From the NCBI GenBank assembly GCA_951406725.2, contig OX597815.1, forward strand, positions 77,748,001-77,812,000: 64,000 bases of DNA, read 5' to 3'. Position 1 is the first letter of the stretch, and each line of letters starts with the position of its first letter. Of the stretch, positions 13,671-26,128 are shown piece after piece. Source of the DNA: Octopus vulgaris. Taxonomy: Eukaryota. The position numbers were made by a program, and so were the translations under genes. The notes beneath the pieces were generated by a model that saw only the letters and a list, made by a program, of their open reading frames with translations, did no database searches and was not told the origin of the DNA.

Positions 13671-14773
13671 CTGTGCCTAACTAATTATTAATCATTGCAT
13701 TTGAAAGTGAAGACTTCCAAACATCTGGTTGAATGTCTTCTTTTATAAATGCTGTTTACTAAATCAGAGAGTGCACCATTGAAAAATAGTTAGTTGTGAT
13801 ATTACTTTAAAATTCAATGTTTTTACAAATCTTACCTAACCCTATAATTTGTCTTGTGTACCCCCAGGAATACATGTACCCCAGCTTAAGAATCACTGCA
13901 CTTAAAGGATGAAAAATTTCACATACTCAAAATTTCTTTTACAAATTCCTCAGAGTACATGTATCTTGATTTGAGAATCCCTGTAATCTAAAGATGACTG
14001 ACATTGATGTGATTTGAAATCAGAAAGTAAAGTGAGGTAGTTAAATATCACAAGGTATTTTGTCTGATACTCCTCAACTAATTTTTACAATTCACTGCTC
14101 TAACATTATTCACAATACAATGATAAATATAGTTTATTTTTTAATAATCAACATTTAATTAATTTTTTATTTTCACTTTTTAAATTTATTTGATTATATT
14201 TTTGTTTCTGGTTTTAGTTTTTGATCAATTTTGGATGATTATCATGTTTCTTGTGATTAGTATTAATTTCTTAGTGTCAATTATTCCTTCACATTAGTCA
14301 TATTCAATCAATTAATTTACTGAATTTCACCGAAGGACATGTCTGTTTATGTTTAAAATACAAGGAATACAAAGAAATTTATATAAAATAATATGAGTAC
14401 TTCACCTATCAAAATCACAAGAGAAGGATTTTAGTATGTCATGGTGGCCTTGACAGACAAAAGAAATCAAGATATTGAGGCAACCACTTGGCTGTTAGAA
14501 GTGTTTAGGGCTTTAGGCAGTCATGATTATGAAGTGGCTAAATCATGTAAAAAAAAAAAACCCAAAAAACTGTCATGAAATACATCAGCTGTTATTGAAG
14601 CAGATTTTTATATTTCGATATTTTAGTAATAACTAAAATGTTAAATGTTAGTTTAATTAATAACTACTTATCATTATTTTTTGTATGTTTATATACACCA
14701 CATCTTGAATGTCTTGTTTTCAGGTAACTTATATGTACACATACTGATGATGATAGTTTTATATATATATATA

Positions 14774-14808
<35 letters not shown>

Positions 14809-14957
14809 AAGTAGCTCTCAGTTAAGTAGTTAACAGCTAACCACAATGACCAGTGACTAGTCACTGCAGCGGAAACATGTGCAGGTCATTATGCTGTATA
14901 TAAGTACAACATGAATTTTGTAGATGTACAAGTTTCTATACTCTTTACTTTTATTCA

Positions 14958-14996
<39 letters not shown>

Positions 14997-16041
14997 ATAT
15001 ATATGTATGTATATAATTAGAGTGACTGAAATATTCACCACTTAAAAGTGGATGTTGCATTAGAACACCCAAATACTGTGATATTTACCAAGGGAGAAAA
15101 ACTCACATATGATTTTACGATACATAAAAGCATATCGTAGCTCTCTCCAGCAGAAGACAATCACCACTACTTTCATTGCCAGGACTACCAGATCATGTGA
15201 CTTTGGCCTCTTTTGGCCTTGTTTGTGGCAGATACCTGGCTACTGGAAATAGCAGTAACTGCTTTGCTAGTGATATACTTAGAAATACAGGGACCAATCG
15301 GGCACAGGTGTTGCTAAAAGCCAGTGGGATTATTAAAAATAAATTGAGCAACAGAAGCAACAGTCTTCTTTTAATTTCATTCTACCAAATCTACACACAA
15401 TTAAAGAAGCTTGTCATGTATAGGAATGATGTAGTATTTGTAAGATTGTTTCTTTTACATGTCTACTGATTGAGGTTCTGGTGCTGTTGAAATATACAAT
15501 GGTGTACATAGTTTTGCTAGTTAATTTTTCTGTGTAGCTTTTTCTATATGGTAGTTTTTTTTAAAGGAAAAAAAATTGACCCCTTTTTAAATTGACCCCT
15601 TTTTCTGGGAGTGATGACATCTCATAGGAAAGACAAGATGGTTCATTTCTTATTGAGAAAACTGTAAATTGTATTCCTTTGGCATTGGATATCTACAAGA
15701 TACCTAATTGACAGCTTGGTTGATGAAGACCACTAGAAATTATTTTAGACTAAAATGCAGTTAGGTAGTGAGTGCTATACTCTTTCTTGTCACAGAAGCT
15801 GCCATTGAAATGACAAGAGAATAGAACAAGATATAGTCTTGTTGTATACTGTGTCACACTGGTTTTATGTTCACATGTCTAGAATGCTCAGCTTGTCATG
15901 CTAAACTAATTCAATGACCTGGTAATTCAGTTGATCTAGTTGGAATCATAATCAAAACCAATGGAGATCTATCCATTTGTATATACTCTATGTATATGTA
16001 TGTTTGTATTGATATATTATCTATATTTAAATGTACTCTGA

Positions 16042-16087
<46 letters not shown>

Positions 16088-17164
16088 AAATATGCATATA
16101 CATATATACATACATCATACATACTTACATTCATTCATTCATTCATTCATTCAAGAAAAGGGAAGTCAAATCGATGTTTTGAATGTTTCCCATAAATGAA
16201 TGTTGTTTATTTCATACTACACACTAAGTTATGTAGTATATGTGACATATGTGATAGTATTGTTCATTCACTTCCTCAGACATCCTGATTTGAATCACAA
16301 TTAACTTGAGTTGCATAACTTTGTATGTAGTATATAATAAGTAACATTCATTTGCAGAAATGTTTGTAACATTGATTTAAATTCTCTTTTCCTCAATTAT
16401 CATTTACTCTGTGAGGCTTACAACATGCTTACTGGATCATACCTTGGATTTGCAAAGTGCTCTGTTTTTATCATTAACTGAAGTATAACTGATCTTCCTT
16501 CAGTTTTTGGAATATTACACTAGCCAAGTCCCTATGTGTACTGCTGATGAGGTGATCACCTGGTTATATCTATCCCCTCAGTTATTATATTTATATGTAT
16601 ATATACATTCACACACACACACACACACATGCACGCAAATGAACTTTAAACATGTCTCTTAGTTCATTATATTTCTCTCTGGTTGTCTTTGTTAGACTTA
16701 CAAAGAAATACTGATGTTTTGAAAATACATTTTGCAGATATTGATTAAATTATAAGTGCTTAGAAATCAATCTCATAACTAAACAGAATTGTTTAGTTGT
16801 TAAATTATACAACTGTCATGGTGAAAAGATGAAAATGTTTACAGCAGCCATTTTTATCGTTGAATTTATTTTGTAGAAATATTTTTTAACAATTCTTAGC
16901 TTCATTGTATTGTAAACTGAAGTTTAACTTGATTTTTGTTTAAATATTTTTTTTTACTTAACTTAGTTTATATTCATTTATACACCTATCTATTTATTTT
17001 AGTAAATTTGTTGTGACTTTTTGAAAATATATTGTGACAATAAAAATATCATCTTCATCACTACCATTGTTTTAATGTCCACTTTTCTATTCTTGCATGG
17101 GTCAGATGGAATTAGTTGAGGTAGATTTTTCTATGGCTGAATGTCGTTCCTTTCATGATTATGA

Positions 17165-17470
17165 TCAGGAGAATTTAAAAAACCAGAAATTGGGGCTGGT
17201 GAAGTTGTAACAATTCTCTAACAGTGACTCCTGACTTTTTCTGGAAGTAAGGCATGGAGCTGAATCTTGCTGCCATAAACATGGCCTTCCAGCAGCAACC
17301 CTCTCCAGCCAGAGTTTGATCACAGTCTCTAGCAGTTTCACGTTGCTGTCTGAATTGAGCCTAAAGCCTATTTCAAAGATGTTGGGCAATATGATGTCAT
17401 CACCACTGGAGACTTACCCAATGACCATTACATTTTTGGGAACTTTGTTTTCATGGTACATTCTCCAATA
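17165..17470 (-). pseudogene. Tc1/mariner-superfamily transposase fragment (DDD domain, maT-like)
   Basis: MKTKVPKNVMV...LLETVIKLWLERVAAGRPCLWQQDSAPCLTSRKSQ...NFW; QQDSAP matches the second catalytic Asp motif. Confidence 0.75.
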
Positions 17471-20400
17471 TGTCAAGCTGTTCCTGAAAAAATGAGACAA
17501 AAAACAGTCAAATTTATCTTGAATACCTATTATCATAAGTAGGATGGATCTGATAATCAGTTGAGTCAGTTGTTTAGATAAACCATCTCATTTTCTTTGG
17601 TAAGTAAAAACAAGTAGCCTTCCTCTATTTGGCAGCTACAGGCAAAGGAAGTTATATGGTGGATGTGGTTGAAAGATTTACAGACAGTGGTTTTCTGCCC
17701 TGGCCAAGCCCTCATCATTTTCAAGAAGCACTTGAGGAAGGTGCTCTCTGATAAATTTATGAGATGAGTGAGATTGGCAAAATTTGATTTTGCATATTGA
17801 ATAATTTTATTAATAATTAATTAATCAGATTTTGAACTCAGAAACATTTCTTTATTCCTTTCCTGGATGTTTTTAATTACTAATTAAATCATTTATATTA
17901 ATCAGATGTAATTATAAAAGGATAGAATTATAGGCACAAGCAAAGCTCTGGTTAAGAAGTTTGCTTCACAACCATGAGGTTTCAGGTTTGGTCCTACTGT
18001 GCAACATCAAATTTTTATAGAAGATTTTTATTTAGATCCCTATAAAATGGCAAGTTTGTATCATAGAATCAATGTGGTCATATTCAAATGCATTTGTTAA
18101 TAAAGATTTTGTGCCTTTTCTTTTAATCAAGTTTGACTATTCTCCCAACCTCGCTCTCCATCCATCCTAGCCATTGATCATGCATGTTTTGTTTCATCAG
18201 TAAAGGACAAACTCCTGCAACTGCCTTATACTGGAAAATATAGATAGCTAGAACAACTATGTAAAACACCTTAGAGTGTATTTGTTAATCATGTATAAGA
18301 AAATAGGTCTAATCTTGCTGTAAGATTATTTGGTTGTTGTAACTAATAAGCAGAACATGCAGATATAATGGCTGAAGGATCTCAACTTAGCCAATACTGT
18401 ATTGTTAGGAGAGTTCAATAAGGTGAATTACTTTGATGAGTGAAGAATTTAACATTTCAGGCAACTGTGTTTAAACTCAAAGTAACAAGACCACTTTCTC
18501 TCTCTCCTCTAACCCCCCTCTCTCTCTTTTTCATTCAAACAAAGGGTGAGAGCTTGAAACATTGAATTCTTCACTCAAAGCGAACAAACACATCAAACAT
18601 TTCTATCAAAATAATGAAAATGTGGGACAGGGGAACAACAATTAAATTTATGAAAAAACGCCTGTGTGCATGCATGCACACACACACACACATGTGCACA
18701 AGCGCCATTCCTTATCTATTGTTGACCAAATATCACCACAATTTCAACAACTCCTGACAATATTCAATTTGGTATTGTCAGCAATACAACTTGCTGGAAT
18801 ATAAATGAGTGGACATGATAGGAGAACAAGGACAGGAATAAGCGAAGTACAATAACAAGAAATAAATAGGCAAAGATTGTAACACTAAAAATACAAAACA
18901 GCACAGAGAAATATTTATGTACAAAGAATGCATTTTGACTTTGCAACAAAAATGAGTCAAACTGTTCAAAATAGCACTAATAAGAAAAATAGTCGTCCTT
19001 TCCAACTTGAGAAAAAATACAGTAAAAATCTTTTAAAAACAAACTCTTCTATGAATATACCTATTGACTAATTAGGTTGATGATTATGTTTATTGGATTG
19101 CTGGTTTTGCCCCAAAATTGAATCAGATCAACACTAGATTCCTCAGATTTCAGAGTTTGCTTTTATGCTATTACTACTACACATATTGCTTCAGTAAGAC
19201 TGATTATATATCCGTTAATATCCAGTATAAATCATTTGGTTGTGTAGACTTGGCAATTACTGTATGAAGATAATAACATAACTACATAAAACACAAGAAC
19301 TAATTAATCCTATATGAAAATATTTCTAGTCTGACTTGAAAACTATTTAAAGGTTGATATCCAATGAGAAAGAGAAGGAGAGAGAGGGCATTGTCAGTAT
19401 TGATGGCATTATGAAACATCTGGCTTCCATGCTGGCATGGGTTACACAGTTTTACAGGATATGACAAGTCAGAGGACTGTCATGATAGTGCCTTGTTTGG
19501 CATGATTTCTACTGTTGGTTGCCTTTCCTAATGCCAACCGATACAGGAGTGTACTGGCTTCTTTTACCTTGGCACAAGTACTTCTGAAGATTGCTTTGTA
19601 TTTTGCAAGGAAAAAAAAACTTATAGTGACCCTTGTAATTAAGGAGAATAGCAGAGAGAGTGGGTGATAATTCTAGACTGGAGGATGAGGGAGGTTAAGA
19701 TGAAAGCAAGGGATTTATAGTTGCTATAGAGTGGTAAAGGTGAGGAGAGTAGCAATTAGTGGTGACTAATTGGGGTGCGGGAGCACAGGGAAAAGACAAG
19801 AGGGAAGGGATATGTGACATGGGTTATTAAGAAAGATGAGTGGTTAATAGAGTGGGTTGTGCAGCATGTGTGTATGGGGGGACTGTGACTATCCTACCTT
19901 ATAATGGTGAGTTTTGACAGAAGATGTGAGGGGAATGGGACAGAGAGGTGTCTGTAGACTAAGGTGGAGAGGAATCCTGAAAGCCATTGGAAGAAGGAGA
20001 GGTTGAGGTGTTGTGGAGGTTGGTCAAAGGAAGAAAGATGGGAAAGAGTATGAAAAAGTGAAGAAGCAGTTGGGGGAGGGCAGTTAGTGCGGTGGGACAA
20101 AGAGATGTTAGAGGATACCTTTAGATAGTATGCATTCTGATAAAATACTGAAAGTGTCATCACCTTAAATAGGAGTTATTCAGTTTCAATAATGTTAGAA
20201 CCATAAAGGTTCTTGCTATCATGTTAGTAAATATCAGAATAAATTATGTGTTGATATAAATTTGGTAATCAATAGGTGTTATAAATCCAAAATTGTTTTA
20301 GAGCAAGGCTAAATATACTCTCAGGATTAGTGTTGGGATTAGAAGTTTGACTTAATCTGAAAGGTCTTCTAAAAAATCCTTGTTTTGTGTTGTCTAGTCT

Positions 20401-23162
20401 GTAGTGGATGTAAGTTAGTTGTGACTTGTCTGGACTTGCCTTGATTTGGGAAGTTGATCTAATTGATGTTCAGTTCGAAACTGGTTCAAAGTAGTATTTA
20501 ACTCGATTCTGATATTCACAATTGTTCAGAGTTGGTCACTTACTGGTTACAAAAGGTGGCATAAGTCAAGTACCTGTTGTTAGAATAAGTGATTCTATTT
20601 AGTACTGAATGTGAGTACTTTTCTTCTTGGTTCCAGTCATTGAATTGCAGCCAAACTGGAACTTTCAAAAGGTTTAGCTAATTATATTGACACCATACTT
20701 TGCCTGACATTCATTTATCAAATGGTTAAGTTTACTTATATATGTCCCTTTAAAGACTTCTTTTGGATCCAGATTTATACTGGCATAAGCACACATGCAC
20801 ACACACATGCATACACACACACATGCACATTCACACATACAAACATGTGCACACACACATGATGGAACTCTGCACAGTTTCTGTCTACCAAATATCACTA
20901 ACAAGGCTTGGTGAATCTAAGGTTAGGTAGAAGATGCTTGCCCAAGGTGCCATGCAGTGTCATGAAACCTGAAACCATATGGTGGAAACTTCTTTAACCA
21001 AACAGCTGCCCATCTACAAAGCTCCAAATTCACCTACATTATATTACTGCTGATAAATTTAGGATTATAACAAATCTATTAGACTTCAGTGGGTCTGTGA
21101 AGGTCCTATGCATGGCCCCTTTCGCAACACCAAACCAATAAAAAAAAAGCGAAAAAAAAAAGAACAATGACCACAACCAAAAGAAGTCCTTTCAACTGCC
21201 TCACAAAGACCCAATCCCTACAATGTTATAAGCTTTAGTGCCAAATGTTTTATTTCTTCTCTCTGCTACCTGTCTACCTGTACTAAAACAACCAGTTCTC
21301 AGAACTTTCTTGATGTTCTTCCAACCACATCTCTGTAATTCACTGGTTTTTTGCACACTTGCCACCACCCCACTGTATCATACTGTAACTTATTTGTGAC
21401 TCTCTTTTAGAGATACTCATAGTGAACACAAACCAGCATCAGTCTCACCACCCGAGATGATCTACAGAAGTCACTTCCCTGTCTCCTTTAAGTAAGGAGT
21501 ATGAACCAATTCAGTAACCTCTATGCAGTTACTGCTAGAAATAACACTAAATTTCTCTCAAATCACACCCTTCTGTATTAAAAGGGGGAGAAAAATCATC
21601 ATCATCATTTAACATCCTTTTTCCATGCTGGGTAGGATGGTTTGACAAGAGCTGGCAAGCCGGCAGGGAAGTCAAGCCCTATTGTCTGATTTGGCACAAT
21701 TTATATAGTTGGGTACCTTTCCTAATACCAACCATTTTACAGTGTGTACTGGGTACTTTTTCCATGGCCCAGCGCCAGGAGTGCAGGGTCACTAAGTAAC
21801 TTGCAAGATAATGACCTCAGTTAGGTGGGGATCGAGGAATAATATAGAGGGAGGTGATCTGAGATGTAATCTGATCTTAGTTTAATATGGGATGGTTATA
21901 GTTGCACTGTTTTGGTCATAATTTCTCCACTCAATTGGGTCTATCCTGGGGTTACACAAGAACTCTTTAAAAACATGCTTCTTGTGTTTTGCCCTTTTAG
22001 CATTCTCAGAACTTCAACATTGTATTTTTTACTTCATTTATATTAGTTTTTCTTCTTGTTTGCGTTGGTTTTCTACCATTATCTGTAGCAGATTTGTGCT
22101 TCCTCTTAGACAACAAGAAGAATGAAAACAAATTTGTATCATCATTATCTTAAAATAACTGTTATATGACTTAATATGATTATTATAAGAGAAATCCTAG
22201 AAAAATGTCCATGAATAAGAAAACAAAGAAGTGTTTGTACTAAATCACAGAGAATGACTGTTATGTGCTGAAGTACTAATACAGAAATTTAATGATTTGC
22301 ATTCTGTAGTAATCAGAACATTGAAGAATTAACTATAGCTGAGATATTCAAGAAATTTTTTTGTACATATATTTCATTTCATATCTTTGTTTGTATTAAA
22401 TTATTTTGTTGATGCTGCTGTTGTTGTTGTAGAGACACGCATCAGTTGGAATTGAGAAAACTTGTTAGTCTGTAATAATTATTTCAGGTGATTCAAGTGA
22501 CTCATGAAAGTATGTCCTCCACCTCCTCTTTCTCCTCTTCTTCATCATCATTGTTTCATGTCTGCTTTCCATGGGTCGCCATGGTTGGAGTCAGTTTATG
22601 TATGACAGTACTGCTCCCCCAGACTGACTAGAGGACCACATTTCACTTGTATTTCATTTTTAGTTTGATTCCTATAGTTTGATGTCCATTCTCATCCCAT
22701 GTACTGTATATCTTCTATTGACATATTTTATTTTATTAATATATTTTAACTTTTATTAACTTATATGAATTTATTAACTATATTTTATATTAGCTTATAG
22801 CTCTTAAAGAGAGAGAGATTGTTTAATCAACTCTATAAGCACAATTATATCAATTATTCACCAGTTTAACCTAAATACAGCCACTAAGCTGCCCTCATGA
22901 TATATTCACACACATCAGCTGTATTGTACCATAGGCAAAGAAACAGGATATGCTGAATGAGCTTTTGTATGAAAAATTCAAACCTGGTTTTATTTGGTTA
23001 AAGTTTTTATATGAGTTAGTCAGAAGAGGAAAGGAAACACCCATGAACCTTTTCAAGAACTCTGAAAGGAAGAGAGGAATTTAGCCTTAGACCAGAGATC
23101 TGGTCCAAATGCTTGCAACAGAGTGGACTCTACTAAAGGTACTCATGGATCAAGTGGTGGTG

Positions 23163-23386
23163 TTAACCCTTTTAATACCAACCCACCTGAGACTGACACC
23201 TAGTTCTATGATGCACACTTCCTGTTGTAAAGTGTTCTAAATTAACATCTGTCAAAATTTCATATAAATTTATCTTTCAAACACCAGCTTCATTAAGACA
23301 GCTATTTTAGAAACTTAATTATTTCCAAAATTATTTGAAACAAAAGCAGTTTAATTTCAATAGAAATATGGTAACAAATAGGTTTA
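23163..23386. mobile_element. TTAA-flanked MITE (piggyBac-like termini)
   Basis: Starts ttaacccttttaatacca, ends tggtaacaaataggtttaa; related copies at ~49658-49880 and ~42441-42650. Confidence 0.6.
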
Positions 23387-23630
23387 AACTGCACAATGGA
23401 TTAAGAATTAACCCTTTAGCATTTAAACCATCCATATCCAGCCAAAATGTTCCATCTGTTTTATGTTTAAATTGACCAGATCCAGGCTCTCACACCTACC
23501 CTACTATGTTATTCTAAATATAAACAGTCACATCATTAAAATCTCAAAGATATGAGATAATGCATGATTAATTCGAAATAATGTGAATGAATAAGCCATT
23601 TCATTTAATAGAATAATCTGAATGCTAAAG

Positions 23631-23720
23631 CAGTGGTCCCCAACCTGTGGTCTGTGGACCCTTGGTGGTCTGCAAAGGTAGTACTGGAGGTCCGTGAATT
23701 AAATTCAAAATTTCATATAC

Positions 23721-23773
<53 letters not shown>

Positions 23774-24308
23774 GAAATGAGGTAATCAGAAGATCGGATG
23801 GTTTATATTTACAGATATTTAACCAAAAAAAAATTCTTTCCTTCTTCTTCCCTCTTTCTCTTTAGCACTCGCCTCAGATACAAACACACACACTCACACA
23901 CACATACACATACACATACACACATGTTCTCTCTCTCACTTTCTCCTCATCCACCTCACCCTTTTGTACTGTCTTATTCCTCCCCACCACTATGAAACTC
24001 TATAAAATGATTAAAATTCCCCACAAAGGAATTATTTTGATTTGAAAACCCCACTAGAATGGGAGAAAGCGCTAATGATCTAAGTGATATGATATATATG
24101 TAAAAAATGTAATATATAAATAAATATCTGTAAATATAAACCATCCGATCTTCTGATTACCTCATTTCTTCTAATATATAATACCTGTACATCATCTCCA
24201 AACCTTCCAATATATATTCACATAAGGATAAGCATATTAAAAGGGGTCCGTGGGAAAATTCATTTAAATAAAAGGGGTCTTTTGTAGTGAAAAGTTTGGC
24301 AACCTCTG
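23631..24308. mobile_element. hAT MITE
   Basis: Imperfect TIRs cagtggtccccaacct / agtttggcaacctctg; perfect 8-bp TSD tgctaaag (23623-23630, 24309-24316). Confidence 0.85.
23762..24180. repeat. Perfect 60-bp inverted repeat with ~300-bp spacer (possible Penelope-type terminus)
   Basis: 23762-23821 is the exact reverse complement of 24121-24180; abuts a (TA)n tract. Confidence 0.9.
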
Positions 24309-24961
24309 TGCTAAAGGGTTAAGTCTCCTATGTAAAGACAAGAACAATCCCTCTTATGGGATTTCACATAGTTTCCATTTACCAAATTTCTCTCCCAAAG
24401 GTTTGGTGAACCTCAGGTTATGTTACCTGATACTTACCTGAATGTTTCAATATTTAAGTGATAATATACTATTCATAAAGTATCACAGGAAATGTGTAAT
24501 CAATCATCATCTTTACCATCATTATTATTGCATCCACTTTTCCATGTTCTTATGGGTCAGATGGTAATTTGTTGAGGTAGATTTACTATGGCTGGATGCC
24601 CTCCTTGTTGCCCAGCCCTCACTTGTTTTACAAGCAAGGTAATATTTCCACATGACCAGGCATATTTTCATGGAAAATTAGCAGTGAAAGTCATTGCTAG
24701 TATAATAGTAACAACTCATTTACATCTATCACTCAATATCGAGACAGAGAGAGAGAAACACACACACACACTATATCAAAGTTGATAGTCTACTCTTAGT
24801 GTCATCCTTGGATGAGCTGTTCACAACAGTGAACAATCATGAATAGCCCATCTATGTATAATACATATATACCGATCCACTCTATGCAGCATATTGAGTT
24901 CTGTATCAATAAATGTTTGCGCTACGTAAAATATATAATTGGTTTATTTTATTACTGTTAC

Positions 24962-24991
<30 letters not shown>

Positions 24992-24995
<4 letters not shown>

Positions 24996-25266
24996 TCATC
25001 CTCATCGTTTAACGTCCGTTCTCCATGCTAGCATGGGTTGGACGGTTCGACCGGGGATCTGGGAAGCCAGAAGGCTGCACCAGGCTCCAGTCTTATCTGG
25101 CAATGTTTCTACAGCTGGATGCCCTTCCTAACACCAACCACTCCGTGAGTATAGTGGGTGCTTTTTACGTGCCACCTGCACAGGTGCCAGGCGAGGCTGG
25201 CAACGGCCACGGTCGGATTGGTGTATTTTACGTGCCACCGGCACGGAAGCCAGTCGAGGCGGCGCT

Positions 25267-25270
<4 letters not shown>
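24992..25270 (-). mobile_element. Young copy of the (GAT)n-tailed SINE/LINE-tail repeat inside (TA)n
   Basis: tcatcctcatcgtttaacgtccgttctccatgctagcatgggttggacggtt...; CpGs retained; (TA)n on both sides. Confidence 0.75.
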
Positions 25271-25303
<33 letters not shown>

Positions 25304-25564
25304 ATAATTAAAGGATAAAATCATTAAGATTAATGGATTTTATCAGTGGCCAGCATATAAAAAATAACCTTTTAGGTAAAATTCATATATAGAGATATAC
25401 TAGCATTAAGACCTGTCGTTGCCGGGTCATAGTGCTAGCGCATGTATATATGTGTATATATATGTGTACATATTACATGTACATCTATATATATACATCT
25501 ACATATAAAATACAAAGTTATATCTTGATATCGCTAGTGATAACAATTCTCAAAATATATAACA

Positions 25565-25870
25565 GACTGGAATTGTTAGCCCGTCTCTTGCAATTTCGAT
25601 CAATTAAATTTTGTCCTCCCTCTTGTATAGAAGTGTGGTTACAATCCAGCCTACATCTACTTCGGGGGGCGGGGGGGCATTTAAAATTTTTATCTGGGAC
25701 GTCCTACGTCCCAGATATAAAGGTAAAAATAAAATATTTCCACTTTGCAAGTTCGAGTCGAGTACTCCCTTGCATGCTCCATTGACTTGAACCTTGCTTC
25801 TATTGTGGCGAATTTACCGCCTCTGGTGAGATATCTTTCATAGTCGCACCAAGACGCTTTTCGAAGGTGC
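25565..25870 (-). pseudogene. Decayed ORF1 of a third Tx1-like family, downstream half (insertion target)
   Basis: STFEKRLGATMKD / YLTRGGKFATIEARFKSMEHAREYS / SGNILFLPLYLGRRTSQIKILNAP aligns with B ORF1 IENCLKPIMDKITYINRGKKYGTVEVRF...IVLLPLYKGKRTSKITMNNIPPE. Confidence 0.8.
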
Positions 25871-25882
25871 TTTCCTCCAGGT
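25871..25882 (-). other. Target-site motif ACCTGGAGGAAA (3' flank of element A)
   Basis: tttcctccaggt; identical copy at 31125-31136, forming a 12-bp TSD around A. Confidence 0.9.
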
Positions 25883-26128
25883 TGTTTTATTATTACCCAC
25901 AAGGGGCGAACATAGATGGGACAATACAATCTGATGATGGGGTCAGACACACGAATGGGTTTTTACAATAAATCGAATTTAAAAATTTTCATGAATTACA
26001 ATAAATGGACAGAAATCGAATGATGGGACAGACCGGAAGACATTACGGGTGGAGTGGGTGCGGGTTTAGCTCGGACCCCACGAGCCCCGCCTCCCCACTG
26101 ATACTTTTGGTTGCGCTTGGTATTACAT

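Larger units (their letters stand above)
23412..24318. mobile_element. piggyBac-like MITE interrupted by a hAT MITE
   Basis: TTAA at 23408-23411 and 24319-24322; TIR ccctttagcatt / aatgctaaaggg, the right TIR split by the hAT insertion. Confidence 0.8.
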
